This document shows, one piece after another, positions 7,619 to 15,352 of a DNA stretch of 41,544 nt. The notes under the pieces were generated by a model that did no database searches, was not told where the DNA came from, and worked only from the letters and a program-made list of their open reading frames with translations. The stretch lies in the IMG/VR virus record IMGVR_UViG_3300022173_000040, positions 1-41,544 of that record; one strand, written 5' to 3'. How positions within the stretch are numbered: position 1 is the first letter of the stretch; each line of letters begins with the position of its first letter. Origin of the DNA: a virus. Lineage: Duplodnaviria > Caudoviricetes. The translations under genes and the position numbers were made by a program.

Positions 7619-7891
7619 TCAGTACCTCCCCCAGCCGCGGTCTCGGTCCAATTCCTCGTGCGCTTCGTCGCGCTCTTGGGCGGCAGCGTCACGAGCGGCG
7701 CGCAAGCACTCGTTGCTCTCGCAGGTGTCGCTGCGGTCATAGTAGCGGTTCTCGATGAACCCCATATCTGCGCCGCAGTTCCAGCAGTGCCGGATTTTGC
7801 CTGCGGGCTTGGGTTCTGCGTCGGAAGGTTTCTCTGCGGGACTCCCCGGAGCGCGAAGCGCGGAGGCAGTTCCATATTCCACCGGGGTCAT
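7619..7891 (-). CDS. hypothetical zinc-finger-like protein
   Basis: CWNC...CESNEC; GGAGG RBS. Confidence 0.6.
   Translation of the reverse strand: MTPVEYGTASALRAPGSPAEKPSDAEPKPAGKIRHCWNCGADMGFIENRYYDRSDTCESNECLRAARDAAAQERDEAHEELDRDRGWGRY
7823..7868 (+). repeat. GA/GA mini-hairpin repeat, copy 5
   Basis: GGAAGG-N10-GGACTCC-CC-GGA-GCGC-GAA-GCGC-GGA-GG-CA (compensatory CC/GG closing pairs). Confidence 0.8.
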
Positions 7892-7895
7892 GAGA

Positions 7896-8345
7896 CTAGA
7901 CCTCCGCCTTGGAGAGGGGAGAGGGACCTTCCGCCTTCGCAATCGCATCCACGACGGCGACCAACTCATCGAATGAGATTTCGGCAAGGGCTTCGTAAGC
8001 CGCCTCCTCGGCGGTCTCTTTGCGCTCGCCTTCCGAGAAGCGCCGTTCTGCACTCGTGTTGCCGTCTACAAGAAAGTTGCGATAGGCTTGGACATAGGCA
8101 ATCCGCGCTCGTGCAAACGGACGCAATGCCGCCAGCAGATCGGGGGCGGCAGCGAGCAAGTGCGCGTTGGCCTGCATGCGCGCGTCGTACTTGCATTCCG
8201 GATGGTCGCCGTAGACGGAAGCGATCATCTTGTCGCCCGCGTAAACGGCGGTTCCGCTCTCCGTCCAAGGCCCCGGCGTATGCCCCGCCATCAAAGGAGC
8301 CGCTACTGCGGCTGAACCATTCTCTTGCTTGTTGGCTTCGGTCAT
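7896..8345 (-). CDS. hypothetical phage protein, first gene of the leftward operon
   Basis: HTPGPW...ANAHLLAAAPDLLAAL motif common in phage early proteins; GGGAG RBS. Confidence 0.8.
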   Translation of the reverse strand: MTEANKQENGSAAVAAPLMAGHTPGPWTESGTAVYAGDKMIASVYGDHPECKYDARMQANAHLLAAAPDLLAALRPFARARIAYVQAYRNFLVDGNTSAERRFSEGERKETAEEAAYEALAEISFDELVAVVDAIAKAEGPSPLSKAEV

Positions 8346-8377
8346 TTGCTCTCTCCCTAGTGTCTGTCTATGGGAGC

Positions 8378-8417
8378 AACCTAAGCTATGCTAAATGACT
8401 TGGCAAGCATTACTTAG
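8378..8417 (-). promoter_or_regulatory. pL-like promoter with overlapping operators
   Basis: TTGCCA-17-TAGGTT on the minus strand; AAG-N5-CTT-type sites at 8381-8393 and 8404-8417. Confidence 0.6.
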
Positions 8418-8474
8418 GAATAAAAGCGCAGCTTTGCCCTGTGGGTGAAATGTTCCTAAGTTGCAGTCAAAATG

Positions 8475-9134
8475 CTAGCTTCTGTAGACCCCGGCCACAA
8501 ACCAGGCGTTGGGGTAGGTGAGGCGGGCCAATCGGCGCTCGCCCTTCACGGCGTACTGCCGGATGATCCACTCGGTGGGGGTGGACCGTATAAGGCGCCC
8601 TACGACGGTCTGGGCGCCCGTGGGGGCGTCAGGATCGCCAATAAAGACACCGTCATCGTTCGGTAACACTGTCCGGTCGGGATTGACGAGGAGAGTGTCC
8701 CGAGCCCGGAATACGTCCGCGTTCCGACTGTCCTGCACCTCCAATGCAAAGGCGCGCTGGGAAAACTCAAGCCGATCCGGGCGCTCGACTTCGCCCGTCT
8801 TTTCGCGCTTTACCATCCAGCCCCCCGGCTCTCCCCCTTCAACGGGGGCCGCGCGCCACAGTAGCAACGGGGGAAGCGGTGCGCCATCCGGTCGCAGGGT
8901 CACGTTACCGACAACGTTCGGTGTGTCAGGCGGAATTTCGCCTGTGACGAGCCACGCGACGGGAACGTCTAGGAAAGTCGCAAGTGTCTGAAATCTGACA
9001 TGCTTTGGGCCCGTATCCTTGGCGAACCACTGGTGGACGGCGGAATCGCTGATGCCCAAGTGGCGCGCGATATCCACAGGCGTCTTCTGCGCCTTGAGCA
9101 TCGCCTCCTCGATCCGCTTCCCAATCCCCACCAT
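8475..9134 (-). CDS. cI: CI-like repressor (HTH + S24-type C-terminal domain)
   Basis: Cro/CI HTH (IARHLGISDSAVHQW); FALEVQDS...RDTLLVNPD S24-like region; divergent from cro. Confidence 0.85.
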   Translation of the reverse strand: MVGIGKRIEEAMLKAQKTPVDIARHLGISDSAVHQWFAKDTGPKHVRFQTLATFLDVPVAWLVTGEIPPDTPNVVGNVTLRPDGAPLPPLLLWRAAPVEGGEPGGWMVKREKTGEVERPDRLEFSQRAFALEVQDSRNADVFRARDTLLVNPDRTVLPNDDGVFIGDPDAPTGAQTVVGRLIRSTPTEWIIRQYAVKGERRLARLTYPNAWFVAGVYRS

Positions 9135-9213
9135 GAAGTTGTCCTAAGTCCTATTCGCAAAGACCACTTAAGAAATACTTGCCTTATGCCGTAGCATCAC
9201 TTAGTGTTGCTTC
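9135..9213. promoter_or_regulatory. OR/pR/pRM-like divergent switch region
   Basis: AT-rich; TTGCCT(9179-9184)-17-TAGTGT(9202-9207); operator-like TAAGAAATACTTG (9169-9181) and TAGCATCACTTAG (9192-9204) resemble the pL sites. Confidence 0.65.
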
Positions 9214-9441
9214 ATGGCAAACACGATCATGGGTCTGGTACGCGAGGCGATCGGCGGGAAAAACGTCGATATCGCGCGCCTTTTGAACGTCACAGACGCT
9301 GCCATCGCGCAGTGGTCGAAGGGCGGCATTCCACCCGCGCGCGCCATCCAGCTCGAAGAAATCACCGGCGGCAAGGTCACGGTGCGCCAGTTGCGCCCCG
9401 ACCTGTTCAAGTCTGCCAAGCGCCGGAAGGTGGCGGCATGA
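9214..9441 (+). CDS. cro: Cro-like (YdaS-type) transcriptional regulator
   Basis: IARLLNVTDAAIAQW...IPPARA..LEEITGGKVT..QLRPDLF. Confidence 0.9.
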   Translation: MANTIMGLVREAIGGKNVDIARLLNVTDAAIAQWSKGGIPPARAIQLEEITGGKVTVRQLRPDLFKSAKRRKVAA

Positions 9442-9899
9442 GCGACGCCCGCCAGCCGACCGACGTGGAGGTCCGCGCGTTGGCGCGGCGGTCCAAGTCC
9501 GACCCTCAGCTTATGAGCTTCGTCAATCGACTGCTCGACATTCATTACAAGCAGGTCGCGAACGTCGCCAAGCTCGCGGTGGAAGAGGCCGGTCTGGCGC
9601 GCGAACTCGGCTGGCCTGCCATCAGCACTTATGTCGTTGAAGGGGGCAAAAGCAGGCTCGTCAAGATCGGCAGAAGTCAGGACGTGCCGGCTCGCATCCG
9701 AACGCTCCAGGCATCCAGCCCCGCGACCCTCAAGGTTCTGCGGGTGATCCCCTTCGATTGCGAGCGCGCGATGCATCATCGCTACGCACACCTGCGCCGC
9801 CACGGTGAGTGGTTTGAGTTCGATCTCGACATGCTCACCGACACCTTCAGCGAAGAACTGCTGACTGAGGCTAGGGCGCTGATCGCGGAGGCCGCATGA
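9438..9899 (+). CDS. T5orf172/GIY-YIG-domain protein
   Basis: YVV...VKIGRS.D...RIRTLQ.SSP...E..MH...R.HGEWF. Confidence 0.85.
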   Translation: MSDARQPTDVEVRALARRSKSDPQLMSFVNRLLDIHYKQVANVAKLAVEEAGLARELGWPAISTYVVEGGKSRLVKIGRSQDVPARIRTLQASSPATLKVLRVIPFDCERAMHHRYAHLRRHGEWFEFDLDMLTDTFSEELLTEARALIAEAA

Positions 9900-10549
9900 A
9901 CATCGACACCAAAGCCCTCAAGGGCATTGTTGACGAGATCGAGGCCAGCCGCCTGCGGCAGAAGGCCGAGACGGATCACCAGCGCGAGGTTATGAAGCGG
10001 TGCAAGCCGCACCAACTCGATACCAAAGCCGTCAGGATCGTCCTGCAGCGCCGCGCCATGGGCGATGGCAAGCGAGACGAGCAAGACTACTATGTGCATG
10101 CCTACGAGGTCGCATTGGGCGGCAAGAAGGCGGCGATTGAGGCGCTAGAGAATGGCGCTACCATCCGCGAGGCGGCCGACGCTGGCGGCATATCGACGGG
10201 CGCGGCGGGCAACCTCGCCCAGCTTGTCCAAAATTCTCCGTTCGTGGACGGCCATGATCCCGACACGGGCGAGATAATCGAAGCAACGCCGGCGGAACCG
10301 GCGGGCAATGACGGGGTGTCGGCTGTAACGAGCAGCTTCCGCCCCGTCGCTGCCAGCACCTGGACGTTCATCACCGCTCCCGTCCTTGAGCAGCAAGCGG
10401 CGTGGGAAGCGGAGAGGGCAGCCAAGGAAGCCGAGCGGATACGGAAGGCGGCCGAACGCCTAGCCCTTGCCAGGCGCAATGCTGAGATCGACGCGGACCC
10501 GTTGGATATCCCGCCGTTCCTGAAGGCCCCGGCGAGGGCTCACGCATGA
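9896..10549 (+). CDS. GapR/DUF2312-like DNA-binding protein with extra HTH and FtsZ-like C-terminal peptide
   Basis: LKGIVDEIE...DTKAVRIVLQRR...RDEQ...Y..ALG resembles GapR; TIREAADAGGISTG HTH; ends with DPLDIPPFLK. Confidence 0.65.
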   Translation: MNIDTKALKGIVDEIEASRLRQKAETDHQREVMKRCKPHQLDTKAVRIVLQRRAMGDGKRDEQDYYVHAYEVALGGKKAAIEALENGATIREAADAGGISTGAAGNLAQLVQNSPFVDGHDPDTGEIIEATPAEPAGNDGVSAVTSSFRPVAASTWTFITAPVLEQQAAWEAERAAKEAERIRKAAERLALARRNAEIDADPLDIPPFLKAPARAHA

Positions 10550-10656
10550 GAAAAGGCCCAGGAGCTTTGAGCGGGGCGATGCAATGGCCCCTGGGCCTCG
10601 TGGGCGGGGGTGCCCGTAGTCCAATTCCATTCGGCGCGAGGCTTTTGCCCGCCGAT

Positions 10657-10731
10657 CTGCAAGACGGTTTCCTCCCGTCCCTTGCAGGCCCTGCGAGTGC
10701 TTTCCTCCCCGTTGCCTCGCAGGGCGCTTTT
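10657..10731 (+). ncRNA. cuckoo/alpha-r14-like tandem hairpins with UUUCCUCCC loops, ending in a U-tract
   Basis: Stems CTGCAAG/CTTGCAG and GCCCTGCGAG/CTCGCAGGGC each enclose TTTCCTCCC; TTTT follows. Confidence 0.5.
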
Positions 10732-10736
10732 AGAGG

Positions 10737-10777
10737 TGGCTCGCGTGCGCTCGCGGAGTCCCGCAGCAGCACCTTCC
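10737..10777 (-). repeat. GA/GA mini-hairpin repeat, copy 6
   Basis: GGAAGG-N10-GGACTCC-GC-GA-GC-GCAC-GC-GA-GC-CA. Confidence 0.85.
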
Positions 10778-10969
10778 GCCTGTTCTCCCCCGATGGCTGC
10801 GACTCCACGCAGCCCACCTGCGCCACCGTTCTCTGCCTGACCCAAAGGGCCGGGGACGGTGGCGACTTTCTCCTGAATTTCGACGTGAGCGCGTCGCCCT
10901 GCTTGGCGGCTGACGATGCGGCTCACGATTACGCTCAAGCGTTCCATGCAAAGCAACATGGAGCGTTTG

Positions 10970-11323
10970 ATGTCCGACCGTCTGAACAAGTCTTCCAGAA
11001 ACCCGGAGAAGTCTACCGTGCCCGCGTCTGACCTTGCACGAACGATGCTCTGCGAATTGTCCGGCCCGCGTGGCTGGAACGATACCCGTGAAAGTTGGCT
11101 GGCTCGTGGCGCACGACGCGCCGGCCTCTCCATCCGTCGTGCGCGGGCACTTTTCTATCAGGAACCGTTGAGGCTGGGGGCCGATGAATACCTATCAATC
11201 GAGCGCGCTTATCAAAGCGCCCATGCGTCTGTGGCGAAGATTTCAGCTTTGGCGCGCGATGCGGATTTACACGCGGGTCGTGTTGATGGGGGAAGAAGCC
11301 ATCCGCTTGGCAGCAAAGGCTGA
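10970..11323 (+). CDS. putative CII-like DNA-binding regulator
   Basis: GGAG RBS; LARGARRAGLSIRRARALFY HTH-like segment; position downstream of cro. Confidence 0.55.
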   Translation: MSDRLNKSSRNPEKSTVPASDLARTMLCELSGPRGWNDTRESWLARGARRAGLSIRRARALFYQEPLRLGADEYLSIERAYQSAHASVAKISALARDADLHAGRVDGGRSHPLGSKG

Positions 11324-11431
11324 CCGGCTCATCGGCAAGAACGTGAAGCCGCCAATGCCGCTCTTCGATCACGACGAAGCCCAACGGGCACGGAACGCAG
11401 ACGGACAGTAACTCAATAGCTGGGGGGAACG

Positions 11432-12112
11432 ATGCACTACACGGTAGAACCCGACACCGGCCACATGACCTTGATGCACGCGCGGCTGAAGCGCCTGCAC
11501 GACAGCATGGCGGCTAGGGGCGCGTCTCCGTCCGCCATGGCGCGGCTGCCTCGGCTGCCGGTCCTCGCGAAGCCGATCGAACTGCCGCAGCCGGTTCTGG
11601 CGACGGCAAAGAACGGCACCGACTACGTGACGCAGGCCAAGATGCGCGAGGCCCGCGAGCTGCGCGGAGTGCCCGGCCATATCTCCAGCCGCGTCCACAA
11701 GGCCAAGCAGACGATCAAGCCTTACCGCGATGTCGGCTATGCTGTGAAAATCTTTTGGGGCGAGACGGACCCGGCTGACCTTGCCCGCGCCCGCGCGATC
11801 GTGATCGCCGCCGCCAACGCCAACGGCATCAACTCATGGCGGATATTCGACAGGGCGAAGCCTAGCGAGGTGATCGCCGTTCGCCGGATCTGCATCAAGA
11901 TTGCGCTGGAACTGACGGGGCTTTCCTCTGCGCGCATGGCGGCGATCTTCGGCCAGCCGGACCATAGCACGATTCGGCACAACCACCGCCGGGCGCGGTT
12001 TCTCCTCGATATCGGAGACCCCGAGGCGGTGAAGATCCACGCGAGGGCGCTGGAGGCCGTTTACGCCCGGTTTCCCGAGTACCGGCCCACACAGATGCAG
12101 GAGGCAGCATGA
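11432..12112 (+). CDS. protein with DnaA domain IV-like (Bac_DnaA_C) HTH
   Basis: VRRICIKIALELTGLSSARMAAIFGQPDHSTIRH resembles DnaA SLPEIG..FG.RDHTTV.H. Confidence 0.7.
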   Translation: MHYTVEPDTGHMTLMHARLKRLHDSMAARGASPSAMARLPRLPVLAKPIELPQPVLATAKNGTDYVTQAKMREARELRGVPGHISSRVHKAKQTIKPYRDVGYAVKIFWGETDPADLARARAIVIAAANANGINSWRIFDRAKPSEVIAVRRICIKIALELTGLSSARMAAIFGQPDHSTIRHNHRRARFLLDIGDPEAVKIHARALEAVYARFPEYRPTQMQEAA

Positions 12113-12324
12113 AGGGCTTACCGCACGGATCGCGCCCGGAATACGCTTGGCCGCAGGCGCAGGAAGAACTTGAAGACGGCATCCATCCCGAGGTCGTCGC
12201 CGCACGGCTTGGCGAGCCCGTTTCCTACGTCCTGGAGGTCGCGGACCAACAGGGATGGGCCGTGACGTGGAAAGGCCCCACTGCCGAGCAAGTCTTGGAT
12301 GCCTACGAGCGGAGTGATGCATGA
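12109..12324 (+). CDS. hypothetical protein
   Basis: ATGA-coupled; AGGAGG RBS. Confidence 0.65.
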   Translation: MKGLPHGSRPEYAWPQAQEELEDGIHPEVVAARLGEPVSYVLEVADQQGWAVTWKGPTAEQVLDAYERSDA

Positions 12325-12545
12325 GCCGCCCCCTCACGATAGGCGAGCGCCAAAAGCTCCGCACGGCAGAGCAGCGCCAAGCCTCGCGGGCAAAGGGCAC
12401 GGAGACGCGCCGCGCCAATATCCTGGCGAGCGAAAAACACTACGCATACGCCGAGGGCTACCGCGACGGGTGGAACGCGGCCGTGGCCCCGCCGCCGAAG
12501 CCGACGCCGTCCATCTGGCATCGCCTGAAATGGTGGCTCACATGA
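12321..12545 (+). CDS. hypothetical protein
   Basis: ATGA-coupled; YAEGYRDGW motif. Confidence 0.6.
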   Translation: MSRPLTIGERQKLRTAEQRQASRAKGTETRRANILASEKHYAYAEGYRDGWNAAVAPPPKPTPSIWHRLKWWLT

Positions 12546-12736
12546 TCGTCAGCGACGAAACAGCAAAGCAACTCGCTCGCTCAATAGATCGGCTGGCGGA
12601 GGCAATAGAGGGCGTGAAGCCGCAGGCATCGGCCGGCTTCCTAAAGTCGCCGCTCCTAAAAGAGACCGTCTGTTCGTTTTGCCTGAGCAGACATTTGCCC
12701 ACGGCGCTCTGCCAAAACAAGCCGGGAGGTCTGTGA
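12542..12736 (+). CDS. hypothetical protein (CxxC...H...C)
   Basis: ATGA/TGATG coupling on both sides. Confidence 0.55.
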   Translation: MIVSDETAKQLARSIDRLAEAIEGVKPQASAGFLKSPLLKETVCSFCLSRHLPTALCQNKPGGL

Positions 12737-12936
12737 TGAGCGTAGAAACCAGAGCCAGCAAAGCAGCGGCGGACGCTCGCTGGGAAGCAGAAGCCGAATA
12801 TCGGGAGCGTCACGCTGAGGAAAAGGCCGAGCATCTTCTGACCCGTCTCGCCTGCGACAACTGCCATTGCGACCGGATGCGCCAGATTGATCCGCACTGT
12901 GTGGCGGCTGGTGAATGCGCCATCGGGGACGAGTAG
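12736..12936 (+). CDS. hypothetical Cys-rich protein
   Basis: GGAGG RBS; TGATG coupling. Confidence 0.55.
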   Translation: MSVETRASKAAADARWEAEAEYRERHAEEKAEHLLTRLACDNCHCDRMRQIDPHCVAAGECAIGDE

Positions 12937-13796
12937 TGGCTAAGACAAAGCTCCTCGTCAGCGTCTCCAACGGCCGGTCGTCCGCCTATATGGCGCACCT
13001 ACTGAAGGAACAGAAGTCCGACGAATACGAGATGATGTTCGTCAACGCCAACGCCAGCCGGGAGCATGAAGAATCGTTCCGCTTTATGCGGGCCGTCGAT
13101 CGGCACCTCGGGCTCGGCATCGTCTACGTTGAGGCGGTGGTTCACCATCGCGAGAGGAAAGCCAGCACGGCAGCAGTGGTTGGCGAAAACTCGATCAACA
13201 TGGATGGCGCCATCTATGAGGAGGTCATTAAGAAATATGGCCTCCCTAATCAGACGTTCCCGCACTGCACGAGGGAATTGAAGCTCAACCCAATCCACGA
13301 CTATGCGGAGAAGCATTGGGGCCTCGACTACTGGACGGCGCTCGGTATCCGCGCCGACGAGCCCGACCGCCTCTCGCCGACCGCCAAGCAACAGAAGCTC
13401 ATCTATCCGCTCGCCCATATGTTTGATGTCGATAAGGTCGATGTGCTGCGGTTTTTCAGCCAGTTCGATTGGGACCTGAAGATCGAAGAGTATTCCGGCA
13501 ACTGCGTGGACTGCTTCAAGAAGTCAGACAAGAAGCTGAACGCGGCCTACCACAAAGACCCAGAGTTTTTCCTCTGGCGCGCGAAGATGGAGGACCTCTA
13601 TGGGCACATCAAGCCGCCGAATGACAAGACAGTGGGACCGCGCAAGACCTTCCGTGGTCATCGTTCTGCAAGAGAGATGATCGCCCTGTTCGAGCATCTA
13701 GGGCCGCCACCACCGCAGCTATTCGACGCGGAAGCATCTGGCGGGTGTGCGGAAGCCTGCGCGGCGGACCTGGGGTCTAGGGGATTTCGCCTATGA
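12936..13796 (+). CDS. PAPS-reductase-like (PP-loop adenine nucleotide alpha-hydrolase) protein
   Basis: VSVSNGRSSAYM PP-loop variant; CTRELK; GIRADE; YPL; GNCVDCFKKS. Confidence 0.85.
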   Translation: MAKTKLLVSVSNGRSSAYMAHLLKEQKSDEYEMMFVNANASREHEESFRFMRAVDRHLGLGIVYVEAVVHHRERKASTAAVVGENSINMDGAIYEEVIKKYGLPNQTFPHCTRELKLNPIHDYAEKHWGLDYWTALGIRADEPDRLSPTAKQQKLIYPLAHMFDVDKVDVLRFFSQFDWDLKIEEYSGNCVDCFKKSDKKLNAAYHKDPEFFLWRAKMEDLYGHIKPPNDKTVGPRKTFRGHRSAREMIALFEHLGPPPPQLFDAEASGGCAEACAADLGSRGFRL

Positions 13797-13821
13797 CCAT
13801 GAGCAGGCCGCAGACCATGCA

Positions 13822-13846
13822 GGACTCCCCCGAGCGTAGCGAGGCA
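13822..13846 (+). repeat. GA/GA mini-hairpin repeat, copy 7
   Basis: GGACTCCC-CC-GA-GC-GTA-GC-GA-GG-CA, preceded by ATGAGCAGG as in copies 1 and 9. Confidence 0.75.
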
Positions 13847-13851
13847 GTGAC

Positions 13852-14037
13852 ATGACCCGCCAAACCCTCCGCCAGCGTGAGTCCCTCTCTCTCTACGCTG
13901 CTGAATGCGAAGTAAGACGCGCACGCAAGCGCAAGAAGCGCGCAAGGCATGGCGACAAGGTGTTGGCGCTGATCCGGCTCAAGGATGCGGTGACGGCGGC
14001 GCTTTCGTTGACGCCGAAGAATGGGGTGCGCGCCTGA
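13852..14037 (+). CDS. small basic hypothetical protein
   Basis: TGATG-coupled to the resolvase gene. Confidence 0.55.
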   Translation: MTRQTLRQRESLSLYAAECEVRRARKRKKRARHGDKVLALIRLKDAVTAALSLTPKNGVRA

Positions 14038-14360
14038 TGGGCATGTTGTCAAAGCGCAAGGGCAAGGAAGGTGAGCGCGAGGTCGCGGGTCTACTGCGCC
14101 AGCACGGCTACGAAGGCCGCCGTGGCGTCCAGTATCGCGGCCTCGAGGGCGCGCAAGACGTTGTCGGCCTCCCAGGTGCCAGTATCGAGGTCAAGCGCAC
14201 GCAGCGGCTGGATCTGTACGGCGCGCTCGAGCAGGCACGCGCGGCTCGCCTCGAGGGTGAGGTCGGCGTCGTGTTTCATCGGCGCAACGCCTGCGATTGG
14301 GTGGTGGTGATGGACGCCCATGACTTCATGCGGCTGTGGTCAAAGGTGCGCCCAGCATGA
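14037..14360 (+). CDS. PD-(D/E)XK Holliday-junction-resolvase-like nuclease
   Basis: SKRKGKEGEREVA...QDVV...IEVKR. Confidence 0.8.
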   Translation: MGMLSKRKGKEGEREVAGLLRQHGYEGRRGVQYRGLEGAQDVVGLPGASIEVKRTQRLDLYGALEQARAARLEGEVGVVFHRRNACDWVVVMDAHDFMRLWSKVRPA

Positions 14361-14465
14361 GCCACTATTCACAGGCTTATCCCTACCAGATGTTGCGTAG
14401 TTCTGCTATTGTTCGCGCTGTTGGTGGCCTTCCATCGGCAGGTTCCGGCGCGGTACACATGACCA

Positions 14466-14516
14466 GTCGGAGGCACCCTCGGGTGCGCCTGCCTACGTCA
14501 GGTTTCCAACTCCGGC
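14466..14516 (+). ncRNA. C4/CI-type antisense RNA core
   Basis: Closing stem GTCGGAG/CTCCGGC; hairpins GCACC-CTCG-GGTGC and CCTG-CCTACGT-CAGG; single-stranded TTTCCAA; complementary targets TGGAAA (14566-14571) and ACGTAGG (14591-14597). Confidence 0.65.
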
Positions 14517-14546
14517 CGCCGGGGGCTTCGGTCCCCGGCGTTATAT
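14517..14546 (+). terminator. stable UUCG hairpin, possible attenuator/terminator
   Basis: CGCCGGGGGC-TTCG-GTCCCCGGCG followed by TTATAT. Confidence 0.5.
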
Positions 14547-14605
14547 CAATGCTCGGCAAGCGTCGTGGAAAGCGCGAGCCGGGAATGTCTACGTAGGAGA
14601 CCGCA

Positions 14606-15352
14606 ATGAGTGGCCGCTGGTGGCGCGCGTATGGCCGCGCCCGACATGATCCCAAGATACTGAAGCTATCCGACAAGCATTTCCGCTGGTGGTTCAACCT
14701 TGTCTGCGTGGCGTCCGACAATGACGGGCTGCTCCCGCCTCACGCTGATCTAGCCGTCGAGTTCCGCGTCGCGCCCAAGGTGATGACCGAGGCGCTGGAT
14801 GCCTTGGTCGCGGCTGGCCTGTTCGATCACGATGACAGGGGCATCCGGCCGCACAATTGGAACGGTCTGCAATACAAGCACGACGTTTCAACGGAACGAG
14901 TGAAACGGTTTCGGCAACGGCATGAAACGGTTTCAGAAACGCCCTCAGAGTCAGAAACAGAAGCAGAGACAGAACAGACCCTAGCTAAAGCTAGGGAGCG
15001 CGCCCCCATGCCGAGCACACCGAAAGGATCGACCAATGGCAAATCCGGCACCCGACTTCCCGAAGGATGGCGACCCGATGCGGCGGGGCGTGCCTATGCG
15101 GCCGAACGCGGGATCGACCCCGACACCACGGCCGATGCTTTCGCAGACTGGTGGCTTGCCGCCAACGGGCCAACCGCCCTCAAGCGAGACTGGAATGCAG
15201 CCTTCAGGACGTGGTGTCGCCGTGACGCCGCTCGGCCGGTGGGTCGTTCAGCAACTTCGCCCGTTCGCGCTCCCCGAGGAAACGATGCGTTCTATGAGCA
15301 GCTCGCTGTTATCGCATCTAGAGACGGCAACGACGGACCAGTTCGGTCCTGA
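14606..15352 (+). CDS. phage replication initiator (O-like; N-terminal winged helix, C-terminal DnaT-like motif)
   Basis: W.R.Y...DPK..KLSD..F...NL.C.AS; STERVKRFRQR; KRDWNAAFRTW; internal iterons; AGGAG RBS. Confidence 0.8.
   Translation: MSGRWWRAYGRARHDPKILKLSDKHFRWWFNLVCVASDNDGLLPPHADLAVEFRVAPKVMTEALDALVAAGLFDHDDRGIRPHNWNGLQYKHDVSTERVKRFRQRHETVSETPSESETEAETEQTLAKARERAPMPSTPKGSTNGKSGTRLPEGWRPDAAGRAYAAERGIDPDTTADAFADWWLAANGPTALKRDWNAAFRTWCRRDAARPVGRSATSPVRAPRGNDAFYEQLAVIASRDGNDGPVRS
14884..14978. other. putative replication origin (iterons plus purine-skewed tract)
   Basis: TGAAACGGTTTC at 14901-14912 and 14923-14934; half-sites at 14884 and 14936; then CAGA-rich repeats. Confidence 0.55.

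Noticed and set aside
10546-11031. 161-aa ORF after the GapR-like gene
   Set aside because: Low-complexity translation over a region better explained by RNA hairpins and repeat copy 6; not fully excluded because it is ATGA-coupled
11184-11411. 75-aa ORF overlapping the CII-like gene
   Set aside because: Overlaps by 140 nt and has no recognisable motif; left uncalled though possibly real
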